Source: Lobosporangium transversale
Taxonomy: Eukaryota
Assembly (NCBI RefSeq): GCF_002105155.1
Contig: NW_019029020.1
Location: forward strand, 62,001 to 126,000
Direction of reading: 5' to 3'
DNA: 64,000 bases
The notes beneath the pieces are model-generated. The model was not told the DNA's origin, ran no database searches, and worked only from the letters and a program-made list of their open reading frames with translations. The position numbers and the translations under genes are program-made. Below, piece after piece: positions 52,623 through 64,000 of the stretch (position 1 is the stretch's first letter; the number at the start of each line of letters is the position of its first letter).

Positions 52623-53867
52623 CAAACATATTCAAATGCACGCAAGCTGACGGATAAACAAAAAGGAAAAAGAGAAATGCTCCTATCAAATATAATCCTA
52701 TTCCCTCATTGTATTGCGACTGGTTGAGAGCAGATGAATATGTCCTTGCATTTCAAACACGTTTTCCCTTCCTCTGTCTCTTTTTTTTAGTATGAGAAGA
52801 AACGCGCGTATCATCAGAATTGGGATCGAGCGCGTGTACCATCTTTTTTCTGTTGTTCTTGCAGAATGAAACAATGAAACACAAACTTTTAGGTAGGACG
52901 AATTGTGTCCAAACCTTTTTTTTTTTCCTCTGGCGTAATTACTACCCGTGGTCATTCATGTCTATGACCGAAGCGTGTCGATTCAAAAAGAAATCTCAAT
53001 TTCCTCTTTTTTTTATACCTCTCTCCTCTCAAAAAGAAAAAAAGAAAAAAAAAAAAAAAAAACGAACAGTGAATAGCGTAATTTCGACGTGAACTTGCCT
53101 GCCCACTGGAAATGTTTTGGTACATAGTTGAGACATTTTCGTAGGACATCCTCGTTGACCAGAGGGTTAAGGTGCATGTATCTTGCAATGATCCTCTCGT
53201 TGCCTAACGAGAAGAAGTACCCGACCATAGGATGGATTTGTGCGTTCAGGACACGGGGGTAAAAATGCTTCTCAGGCTCAAAGTGCTCGCTTGTCACTTG
53301 GTGGCCGTCTGGCGTCGTTTTCTTGGGCTTAGGTTCCAGATAGATATCACTGATCTTTTGTGCAGCTGCAGAGATAGCAGCCAAGTTGTTAGCCAACATG
53401 GTATCTTCGTCAGCCTCACCACTGATGTTGCTATTGATACTGCCTTCTCCTCTGGTTCCACCGTTACTCTGGAAGTCATTGTTGTGTTGAGCGACATTCG
53501 CAGTGGTTAAAGAACCGACTGTAGAACCAGAATCGCTTAATGAGTCTTGATGGTGGTGCCCGTTTGCTGAGGCGGTACTTTCGAGATACTTATCAAGCTT
53601 AGATGCAATAGATCCAGCTATAGATGACAGCCTGCTCTTGTTAAGAGACCCACTTGATGTTAGGGAGTCTGCGCGCGACTTGTGGCCAGTGGGAGGGGCG
53701 GGTCCAGGTGCGTTCGGAGACAGGTGGGCGTTCAGAGGTGGAGTGGTGTTTCCTCCTTCGAAAGGTTGATCCTTGACAGGATTCCATGCACTGCGAGCAG
53801 GGTCAAGTGGGCCGATAGAAGCTTTTTGATTGCTGTCTATGGCAGAAGAATTGGAGGCAGAGCTCAT
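51051..53867 (-). CDS. Uncharacterised conserved protein with ATP-grasp-like C-terminal features, ~5 exons
   Basis: Spliced ORFs [13 protein letters not shown]..., GSDLF...[78 protein letters not shown]. Low-complexity Ser-rich N-terminus. Confidence 0.8.
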
Positions 53868-56385
53868 GATAAATTTTTGAACAAAAGAAAACACACAGAC
53901 AAGTGGAAATAAGCTCAAATAAGGTGAATCAGGTGGGGGAAAAAAAGAAAAAAAGAAAAAAAGCAAATGAGATGGAAATGAGTAGAATGAGGGAAAGAGA
54001 TGCAAAAGAAAGTAAGGGAAGAAAGCGAAGGGAAGGAGAAAAGAAGAGAATAAGGAAAAGGATAGTAATGGTATATATATATTTAAAAGAGAGGAAAAGG
54101 ACATTAAGAAGGGCACTAGCACTGGCCACCTTGTTCATTTACTTCTTTTGCCTTTTTTCACAGCTATTAATGACGTGGAGCTACGGGCGATGACAGGTGG
54201 ACCATCGGTGATAATGTCGACAGACGAACAGGATGTGAATCCTTGTACATGTGTATCCTGTGTATAGTAGACGTTTGAACATCATAGTGAGATAGCGACA
54301 AAAATACATTTTTAAAAAAAAAAATTCCAACCACCTCTACTCGACCATAACTTTCACCAACTAGCTTGTCTATCTTTCTCCAGCCAATCAATCTGGTTAT
54401 TCGCGCCTACACGCACCATTCTACCAAACTTTGATAGAGGAGCAACCCTCTCCCTAAAAAAAAATAAAATAGAAAAACCCCACTCAACAACACTATTTTA
54501 CGTTCTCTTTGAACTGAGTCCAGCAGACATGATTCATTCATCCAGTGGGAAGCCACAATCATTGTCATTCGAATCGAAACAGCTAAATAATCCCCAATAT
54601 CAACGCCCTACATTGACTTTAACTTTTTCTATTATTCCTTCATTTTATAAGTATCGACAGCTCAAAATATACAAGTAGGAAGAGATCGACTAACGAAAGC
54701 AGCCAATATAGTACGCATCGTCCGAACCTCTTTGCTTGAAATTGAACTTGATAGTGGTTCAGCCCCTTTGCAAAAGGTTATTTTATTTTGCTTTTTTAAA
54801 ACATCCACCCATGAGCGTAACGCAGAATTTTGTAACCACGAATGAAATTGATCTTGGCGGCAACATGGGCCTGAATGTTCTAATTTGTGAGTCAAGCTCA
54901 AGGTGATACAACATGCGGAGGTAATACGCGTGTACAACTTTTTTTCCTGTATGATAGAGCCCTGCCTACATGTCTACATGAAGATGTTATAACCAATCAT
55001 AAACCACATGCATCCTAGCATCCACCTTCATTCATTTCCTTGCGAACGTGCAAAATTTTAAAAAAGATCTGCATTGTTCAGTGATCTTGATCAGTTCTCC
55101 CCGTACAGTGTCAAAGGTCTACAAAACATGGAAAGGTAGCTTTCCAATACATACTTCATTATTGCTTTTACTATTATTATTATTATTTTTTCCGTTAGAC
55201 ATTATGGATACACTCTTGAAAACGACCAACCTATCTACACTCCCTTGTCTATATTTTAAAGATCTTCAGGGTTGATTTTTTTTCCTTCTTTTTTTATATT
55301 AATACGGATGTCACCAAAGATTCAATAGGGAATGACAAACCTTAAGGTTTGAATATCTGTGTGCATGTGGGTCTGACTGGTGATACAATGCAAGACCTGT
55401 CCACAGGGACTCAGGTCACTACGTCAACGTAGACCAGAAGGGCTATTGTTCTCCGAGAACAAGTAGTGGAATATGTTCATAAATGGTGATTCCGATCATG
55501 GTTGGACATATTTCACCCATATAATACAGCCAAATGTCTCTATGGACAAATGTTCATTTTAGATTTTAATACACCAACCAGGATTGCCCGTGCTAGAAAT
55601 ATAAAAGGAGGTACATGAATAGAGATGGAAGGGACAGAAATTACTTGAAAAAAAAGGGCTGCGCCAGATCTAATAATCTATTCGATGTCCATCTATACTA
55701 ACTTCAATGAACTCTTTGACTGACGTTCATGATGCCCATACCCGTCGTTTGTATTCCCCACATCCTTATGCCTCAATAACCAACATTTGTTGTGGATTGT
55801 TTGCATCATCTCTTTTTTATCTTTCTTGTTCCACTTTCGGATTCACTTGGTTCTGAAACCAAACTCAAATTCAAGACACACAGTCACTGAGCGTGTGCAA
55901 TAATGCTTAGCCCAGCTTGAATCAACGATCGTACAAACACTGACAATCCATCTCTACATAAAAATACATTTATATTTATAATTTTGTTCTGTTTGAATTA
56001 CCATCAATTTGAGTAATGAAAGACATGCCTTTTTTATATCTCTTGCTTTCTCTCTTTCTCATCCTTTACCCTAACGCTCCTGCCACCACGACTAAAAGGC
56101 TTGTTAGGATATATCTGTGGCTATAGATATGCTATGTTTCTCATCCTCTCATCTCTCCTTCATTATTAGATCTTCTCTCTCTTTTTCCTACTCCTGTTTT
56201 TTTTTTTTTTTTTTTTTCCCTTTCTTAATTTATCGTCTTTCTTGTACTCTGTCCCTCTAATACCTTTCTACCTCACCCTGATCCTATGCCTTCTTCGCCT
56301 TCTTCAAACTTTTAATATTAAAACTCTAAAATCTTTGATTTATCCACCAAACAACGCCAGAACTATATAACAAAGAGACACAAAA

Positions 56386-59300
56386 ATGCCAGTGCCAATG
56401 GAGGCCCATTCTACACCCCTTATCCAGCATTCATCATACCCCGCTGTTGCTTCTGAGTAAGTCTTTTTATCAACTAAAAAAAGAAAAAGAAAAACTTTCC
56501 TAGTTTTTCTGTTCGTCATAGTTCTTTTCTTTGTTCTTAAAAGGACGATATACACGTGCAATGAATTGCTATTATGGTTTTCTATGGTTGAGTACTATTT
56601 CAATGACGCCGCCTCTAAGAAAGAGATGACACAAAGTCAAGATAGTAATGACATAGAAGTTTATGGATGTGCAATGAAAAGTAACTAGAGATTTGAGGGA
56701 TAGGTATTAAGGTTGACACTAGTCGTTGGGATGATTTAATCCTCAGTGTGCACCATCAGATTATATCATGGCTATATAAAATTGAAACGCGGTGTTAATC
56801 TTAATTTGTCTTGGTGTCATGGAATCTGATATTGCATTGAAGAAATGGTTGCGGGACCCATATTTCGATCTTTTTATTTTTCTCTTGCCTTTTATCTGCT
56901 TTTTGTTTGCAAACACAGTTAATCCCTTAGTTGCTATGAAGGCTTATTTGGCTATTAAGCTCTAAAAGATACCTGTGTGAGTGTAACATCTCCGTAACAC
57001 AGTAAGGACAATTGACGTAGGAAAAAAAAAAAATTTAAAGGCGGACGTGAACGGCAGATTAGAAGAAAGAACGCCCGGGGATGGGGGCTGTGAGAAATAA
57101 TGCAAAAAGCAGGCGAACAATAGAGGACATCACTGCTGCTATGAGGAGATAATGTGAGGCAAGCATGGTATTGATATACGGGCTATGATCCATGCATTTC
57201 TATTTACCTTTTACAATGCTTTCACCTCCTTTCTTCCTTCCATCAGTTTTCCCCTTCCTCCTTTATTCAAAATCACCTTTTTTTCTTATCATTTCTTGAC
57301 ATCTATTCTTACTATGACAACTTCTTCAGCCAGAGACACTTGTTTCGCTCAGGATGTCGCAAAAAATGACGATCACGCAGATCTTTCCTTCCAGTCCCGC
57401 CCTCCCCCTATTAGCCGCTCTTCAACCTTCACCCGTCAAAAATCCTCGCTTGACCATCACCTCAGCAATCCTTTTGATATGGAGAGTCCATTCCAGTCAT
57501 TCCCGTGGGATAATAACTTCTCGCCATTTTTCTCTGTTACTAATAGGTTCGAGAACGACTTGAGTGGGCGGCTTTATTCTCCATCTCTGTCTACATCCCG
57601 CAATAGCTATGAGGCCTATCCTTTTACTACTGTAACTTCAGCCCCAGCCCCAGCTTCCACAACTGCGTCAACGGACGCACGCGACTTTGAGACTGCATTC
57701 TGTCGCGATTTTTATTGCTGTGGTACAACCTTATGTGATTTACATGACCTTCTACAACACTATGAGGAGTGCCATGTACGGTTCGAAGAGGAAAATGAAG
57801 ACGACGAGGGTGACTTTCTAGATGAAGACGACCTCTTTGGAAGTGGTTCCTCTGGCGCAGACTCTGAATACTTTGATGAAGAGGGTTGCTGGAGTGAGCC
57901 CGATTCTGCCCCGGTTAGTCCTTCCCTCTCCACATCTCCACCTTCGTCTCTGTCAACAGCACGAGAGAGTGGCAGCAGTAGCAGTAGCAGTAGCAGTAGC
58001 AGTAGCAGTAGTCGGAGTACAAGTGTGCCCAGAAATGATAGCGGTGCCGCAGCCGTTGCTGCAGGATCGAATGCAAATGCACGCTTGTTGAAATCTGTAC
58101 ACAACCCCCCATCAATGATGTTACACACCCAACAACATCAACATCAACAACATCAACAGCATCAACACCAACATCAGCATCACAATCCTCGGCAGACACG
58201 ACACCCTTATCCATATTCTGGTTTCAACAATCCCACAACATCTGCTCTCCAAGCCCTCTCTGCGCCGTATGGGGGCATTGATGGCCACAGTGGGCTGAAC
58301 AAACGAAAGGCTGGGGTCTCTTTAGCTGATCTATATGTCGGAGGCAATGGATTTGGGCCTGGAGATACTACAGCTACATCGTCAAACATAGCCCTGCAGG
58401 CCTCTACTGCTGCCGTCACCACTAATAATCATGGAGAAGGAAGCAACGTAGGTTTTGAGGCGACCATCCCGTTTGCCAAACGTCAAACTCTTGAATCTAA
58501 CCGCCCGACTGGCCCGTCTATGTTTATGTCAGCAACAACAGCTAAATCAGCGATAGCAGCGGCTACACATCTATTTGCCACTAACAGGACAGTCTCTGAG
58601 ATGTTTCCTGGCGTAGTCATGGGTGGAGATGGCAAGCCAATTGGACCATTATCCAGTGGCAAACATTTAGCACTATTTAACGAAACCCTCAGCCGAGGAG
58701 GAGTAACAATAGGGGATAGAGCGATACCCTTGGCCCACAATACTGCGCAAGGTGCCGTCGACTGGCTGCATCGTCATGATGATGTCTTTAATATTCTTGA
58801 AGACATGACCAAGGTGCCCAATCCCTCAGACGAAAACAAGCCGTACAGGTGTACTATTCCCGGTTGCGACAAGGCCTACAAAAACCCCAATGGTCTCAAA
58901 TATCATAACCAACATGGCCATAGTTCCGCAAATTTAGGCGATGCAGACAATCCAGAGGCACGTCCCTATGTCTGCACGTTCCTTGAATGTGGTAAACGAT
59001 ACAAGAACCTGAATGGACTCAAATATCATATCGAACATACACATCCAAATCTAATTGCAGCCTTGAAGGCACATCAAGCTGGACTCACAAACCATCCACT
59101 GCTGATCAATGGTGCTTATGTGAACCATCAGGCAGCTGCTATGACGATGGCAGCTGCCTTAACAGCAGTGGAGGTAAGTCCGGTCATGGCACTGGCAGCA
59201 AACGCAATTTTGACTGCTCATGCAGCTGTTACAGGCTCCGAGAGCACAACAGGATCGATTGAAGGTGTCTCAGTTTCGGAAGCCGATTCAGCCATGACTT

Positions 59301-59434
59301 CAGTACCCATGACTACCGCACCAGCCATCACAAGCACACCGTTAGGTCAAACTTTTGCGACAGCTCCTTTTCCTTCAGCATTATTAGCAACTAATAGTGC
59401 CGTCCAAGAGTCAAACACCGCTGCTAAAGCATAG
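56386..59434 (+). CDS. SFP1: Sfp1-like split C2H2 zinc-finger transcription factor
   Basis: FCRDFYCCG..L.DLHDLLQHYEECH plus KPYRC.IPGCDKAYKNPNGLKYH..HGH and RPYVC.FLECGKRYKNLNGLKYH. Probable short first exon 56386-56456 spliced to 57334; an alternative start is ATG 57314. Confidence 0.88.
57972..58011 (+). repeat. (AGTAGC)n coding repeat (poly-Ser) in SFP1
   Basis: Directly visible hexamer repeat. Confidence 0.9.
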
Positions 59435-59574
59435 TCATATTCTAGCTGTCAAATACAATAATAATAAAAAAAGTAAAATAATAATAGTAATAATAATATT
59501 GATAAAAATAAAACTAAAAAAAAAAGTATGAAGAGACGTTTCTATCATTATTTCTTTATTAATGTTCTATACTA

Positions 59575-62500
59575 CTACATATTCTTAAGGGCTCCTTGAT
59601 CCATTAATATTTCTTCACAAAAGGCCCAGAACCGTGCAAGAGTAGGTTTGATACCATAAAGCGTGAATCGGCTTCGGGTATCTGGCAACATTGGGTATTG
59701 CAGTCTCGGGATAGAGCGAATGGTTTCGCCAGATAGGAGACACTTTAGGACATGAAGCGTGAAATAATGAGAGGAAAGTCGTTTCCACAGGACAGAATAT
59801 TGAAAGAAAATTGCCGATGCTGGTAGCGGGGAGTTCTAAAATTTAGAAAAAAGGAAAGAAAAGGATGAAGAATATGAATTGAGAGTCCAATAAAATTTAA
59901 TGTCTTTTTTGATTTGCAGTAACAGTAATCCGGAGATACTCAGCGATTAAACACATACGGATAGAAGTAGGTAACTGACAGATCGAGGTATCTTTTCTTG
60001 CTCCATCGGCATCTCTGTCGAGGTGGACTCTGAGAATCCATTGTACGGTTCTAAATGTTGCTGTCTTAGTGATTGTATATGGTGACTGAATGAAGGAGGC
60101 TGCTCAAAATAAAGATTGGAGTGTCGCTGTCGATGTTGACTAGATCCACTCATCCCCATATTGTTTCTGCCCAGTGAGTTATATTGCTGTTGGTGCTGCT
60201 GTTGATGCTGATATTGATGGTGCTGTGCCAGAGGCTGTCGCCGCTGGTGTTGTTGCTGGTTTTGGTTTTGATGCTGATGTGGACTGTCGACAGATACAGA
60301 TCTAAAAGAACTGACAACCCATCTAAGCGGCGTTGCTCTGTCAAAGAAGAACCTCTCGGGGCACACCTCCAGTCTTAACCCACCAGGTAAACGATCTGGA
60401 TCTTTAAGCCGAAGCATAATTGCAAATAATGGGAAATGATTCAAACAAGCTAAAACTGTCTCCATAGTTGCTTGCATGCAAATGACCATAACTCGACTCT
60501 AAATTAATGAGCAAGTTTTTTTTATATGTGGAGTAGTTAGTACAATGGGGCTATTAGGGGGCTTAACAAGAACTTTGTTTTTGCAAAGGTACCTACCAAC
60601 GCAAACGTCAAATAGTAAACAACAATCGTTGGAAAGAGAAAGGTTAGTAATGTAAAGAGGATGGTGCCAAGTAAGAGCTGGTCTAGATCATAGTCGCAAG
60701 AATCAATTCGGTGGCGAAGTGTATTTCTCTTTTTGCCTCGGAAGAGATTGAACAAAGAGTATAGGATCGTTAGCTGCCAATGAAAGATGCGCGCAGCAAC
60801 CATATAAAACCAGTAGATATGGATAGTTGTAAATGCCAAGAGATCAGATATGAGCGAAAGAGACATAGTAGCACCAAATGCTCCAGACAGACCGATCATA
60901 TTGATAACTACAGGGACCATAGGCTGAAGAGAGATGATGAAGTCTAGAGAAATAACAAAAAATGGTATATTCGTGTCAGTGCCATAACGAATTAATATTA
61001 ATAACAATAATAATCGTAAAAGTATCTTCAATACCTGCCCATATCTCAATAAGCCATTTGAAGAGTTGCCCTAGAAAGGGATTGAGTTCCGGATTCAATT
61101 TGAGTCCGGCAGGGTATTCATTTTCAGAGGTAAGCCATTCCAAAACTGCTGAAATAGAGTCAATAGTATAATCCTAACACGATGTTGGTTTCAGAGTTAT
61201 ACACATAAGATCTTAAAAAACAGTCCACTGTCTGTCTATATCCAGTATATCGCCTTACCTTAACATAACGCTGCAATACTTCTCCCATGTATTTGTTGTT
61301 GCTAATCAGAAACGAGCCAAGAGCCACTCCTATGATAATATCGTTCGCGACGAGCCACATGCTGTTATAAAAGCTATATATTTCAAGTGAATAAAAACTC
61401 CTTAATACAAAGAAAAGGGGGAAAAGCCCGTATCTTACATGCAATCATAATACTTGAAACCCCCTGCAAGTACCAACCTAATGTACTGAGCCCTGGTAAT
61501 TGAGGTATTGGTCCAAGCTTTTTTCTTTGCCATAAAGTATTGCCATGGCCAAAAGCACGCCTGCTGTAGCCGAAGGTCGATTTGCTGTCCTGTTGTTGTC
61601 ATATCCTTGACTGCGATCCCATTAAATACCCAGGAAGGAAACCTCAAGTTCAAGACCCAGAGACTAACTTCTACTAGTGCTCTCAATATAAGTAATATTA
61701 CCATGAGGGGGCGGATAGTAAATGGCTGGATCATGGGCCACAATGTTGTCACTGCAACTGTGAGCTTGGACCGGACCTTGATAGTTAAATCCACAGCCGA
61801 TTCACGAACAGCTTCTGACATGCTCCGACTCCTAGCTCGTCGCCGAAGTAGGTTTTTGGCCTTGGCATGCACCGCCTGCTCCATCTCGTACGACGAATTG
61901 ATCTAAAGAATAGCAAAGTATCGAAAACAAACTGGTATGAGTTGACTGGTTTGAATTCACCCCATTATTATTATTATTATTTTATCTTACCTGCTGCAAA
62001 GTAACATTCATATCGTCTGTCACTGTTCTCCCCATTGATGACATGAATGGTCTGGAGTGGTTCTTTGCCGACTTCGTTCGACCCTGAGCTGCCTTGGGGC
62101 TCAGCGCGGCATCAAATAAAGCACCCGATGCGTTGATTTTTGAGATATCGAGTATAAGCGGGTCGAGTGATAAGAACTGGTAGCTCCGTGGGTCTGGTTG
62201 TTTATAGAAAATTATTTCTGAACTAAGATTGGTATAGCGAAAGCCACAGCAGTGTAAGGATTCGAGTGATGGTATGTACGTTGGTTTGATTTCAATTGTG
62301 AGCCATAAATTTGCTGTTTGTTTGTGTTCTAATAAGGATCGCGAGGTAAGGAGTCTGGTGTTGCTGTCTGCTACTGTCTTTGCGTCCACACCGTCCGCAA
62401 AAGGGACAATGACCACGCCCAAAACGACAGGATTGACACCACATGCTTTGTTGAGTGCTGTAATTTGAGGATCAGCAGTTAGGGACCCGAGTGCAGAAAC

Positions 62501-62748
62501 TAAGGGGTTAAGCTTAATTGAGTGGAATTTGATCCGCATATCTCATCAGCCTCAATGTCCACATCAACATGTATATGACCTGACATTCTTTGCCAGCGGT
62601 TCATACTTACATCTATATCTGAAACAACAGTTGCAATACATGCTGTAAAACTTCTGACATTCCATCCAATGATAAATCCAGTCCTAAGATAGCGTGAGCA
62701 CAAGTGTGATGGCCAGAAGATTTTGGAAATAGCAGCAGATGTGTTCAT
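59575..62748 (-). CDS. GPI1: GPI-GlcNAc transferase subunit Gpi1/PIG-Q, multi-exon
   Basis: KIFWP, GFIIGWN, QQIDLRLQQACFWP, YNSMWLVANDIIIG, PAGLKLNPEL, SLFNLFRGKKRNTLRHRIDSCDYDLDQLLLGTILFT, LNHFPLFA.MLRLKDP.RLPGG; stop TAG at 59577-59575. Confidence 0.93.
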
Positions 62749-62827
62749 GCTGTGTCCTTGATCCGAACTCTAGGATTCTGTTTTGCGCAACTGAAGTTTT
62801 TCTCTTTCTCTATTGCTTTGACTTGTT

Positions 62828-63559
62828 TTAAAAGCTTCCACGCCTCTGCAAATGCTCTCGTGCTGAAGTACGGTAAGGATAATCTTGTTTCTGATATTTA
62901 AACCAGGGGTCATAAAATAAAATTAGGTTCATTTTCCCAGAATTTCGAAACTGTGAACGAGTACCTTATGAATCCTGAATGAAGAAGCCCAAATTTCTGG
63001 CTTACCCTTCTGGCCTCAAAATTTGCGATCCGTTCCAAGGGGATCAAGATAAGAATAAAAAGAGCGAGCAAGATCAGGAGTGCGTAAAGTAAATATCTCT
63101 ATGAAGCATCAGGATATCTAGTTAGACCAACGCTAGCAATGAGAGACGTTGCGATAAATACATCATGAAGGCGGATGAAGCGCTTGAACAGACATTCTTT
63201 ACTTTATGAGTCGTTTCAGGGACAGAAGCAACAAAGTCGTATATGGTTGATATTATGGCAAAGTTGCAGGCACAGTAGCCAAGGGTAAATGACAACGCGG
63301 CTGAGATCAGGTAGGTCCGCATCAAGTGCCGTTGTAAAGAAGAGTAGGACTCCGTGCTGTCGGTGTTGATCTGTAGGCCAAGCTATTAGCAATGTATTCT
63401 ATTATCTTTGAAATAATGATAGGTAATGATGCGCTGAGCTCAATGTTTGCTGATGCTTTTCTTGACTTTGGGCATGGCATCAAGGAAAACTGAGGCAAGT
63501 CTCGAGACGACAGGCCATACGATGTATCTTTTTTCATCCACGTGATAGCACCATTTCAT
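62828..63559 (-). CDS. Putative small 4-exon membrane protein (~120 aa) not visible as a single ORF
   Basis: Exons 63559-63521, 63370-63203, 63098-63006, 62890-62828 all join in phase 0 via GT-AG and give two hydrophobic segments. No homology recognised. Confidence 0.4.
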
Positions 63560-63829
63560 CTCTGGCACAATTGAATAACTTTCTTAACTTTCTCACGGCA
63601 ATTTAGTGAACTTTTGAGTTTGCCCAATTGTCCACAGTAAGCCCCTTACAATAGGCCAAAGAGAAAAAAAGTAATCAACGACCAACGGCCCCCCGGGCTT
63701 CTCGCCTTTAAAGACGTCCCTTCACCACAACTTTTTTTCTTTCCTTCCTTCTTCTTCCTTCACTCACTTTCCTTGCCCTCCAATCCTTCTACTCCTAAAA
63801 TCCATACTCTCCACTCTTTTTATTTCACC

Positions 63830-64000
63830 ATGTCATTCATTGAAACCAAGGCCGACTCGGACTTCTCCATTCATAACATTCCTTTCGGAATCATTTCTAC
63901 TTCGCAGAACGTAAGTCAAACCTACTGTAATGAAAGAGAATGAGAAAAAAAAAATGGCTACTTTGATTGAAGAGAGATCCAACAGAATACCGGCTACTTT
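63830..64000 (+). CDS. fahA: Fumarylacetoacetase, first exon (63830-63910); gene continues beyond the window
   Basis: MSFIETKADSDFSIHNIPFGIIST matches the FAH N-terminus (S.F...DSDF...N.P.G.FST), followed by a GTAAGT donor. Confidence 0.8.

Noticed and set aside
53868..54122. Hydrophobic N-terminal extension of the 53013-54122 ORF
   Set aside because: Derived from a pyrimidine-rich 5' leader; the likely start is ATG 53867.
1..64000. Transposons, tRNA/rRNA genes, CRISPR arrays, prokaryotic operons
   Set aside because: No transposase/RT motifs, terminal repeats, cloverleaf or repeat-spacer patterns recognised by eye; small ncRNAs such as snoRNAs cannot be excluded without covariance-model searches.

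Overview
Eukaryotic, intron-rich, AT-rich fungal DNA with many A/T homopolymer runs. Gene content and intron style suggest an early-diverging fungus (Mucoromycota, probably Mortierellaceae; inference). About 22 protein genes can be reconstructed by hand-splicing: an SKN7-type HSF/response regulator, an MFS sugar transporter, an INSIG-domain protein, a LITAF-domain protein, two tandem paralogous 2-TM membrane proteins, mitochondrial bL27m, uricase, OHCU decarboxylase, a small Rieske protein, CHL1/DDX11, MEX67/NXF1, a UBL-eS31 fusion, an uncharacterised PPxY protein, mL46, HPM1/METTL18, UTP17/WDR75, a NOL7/BUD21-like protein, an uncharacterised ATP-grasp-like protein, SFP1, GPI1/PIG-Q and the first exon of fumarylacetoacetase. 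The most notable items are: (1) the tandem pair (19.8-25.2 kb), whose topology and motifs resemble a minimal, Cys-poor DEG/ENaC-type ion channel, a family not conventionally recognised in fungi; (2) an intronless uricase + OHCU decarboxylase gene pair; (3) eS31 fused to a divergent FUBI-like ubiquitin-like domain instead of ubiquitin; (4) two GC-AG introns, three ~360-bp bidirectional promoters and a possible hidden 4-exon gene upstream of GPI1. No RNA genes, transposons or CRISPR arrays were recognised. Exon boundaries were read by eye and no database searches were run.
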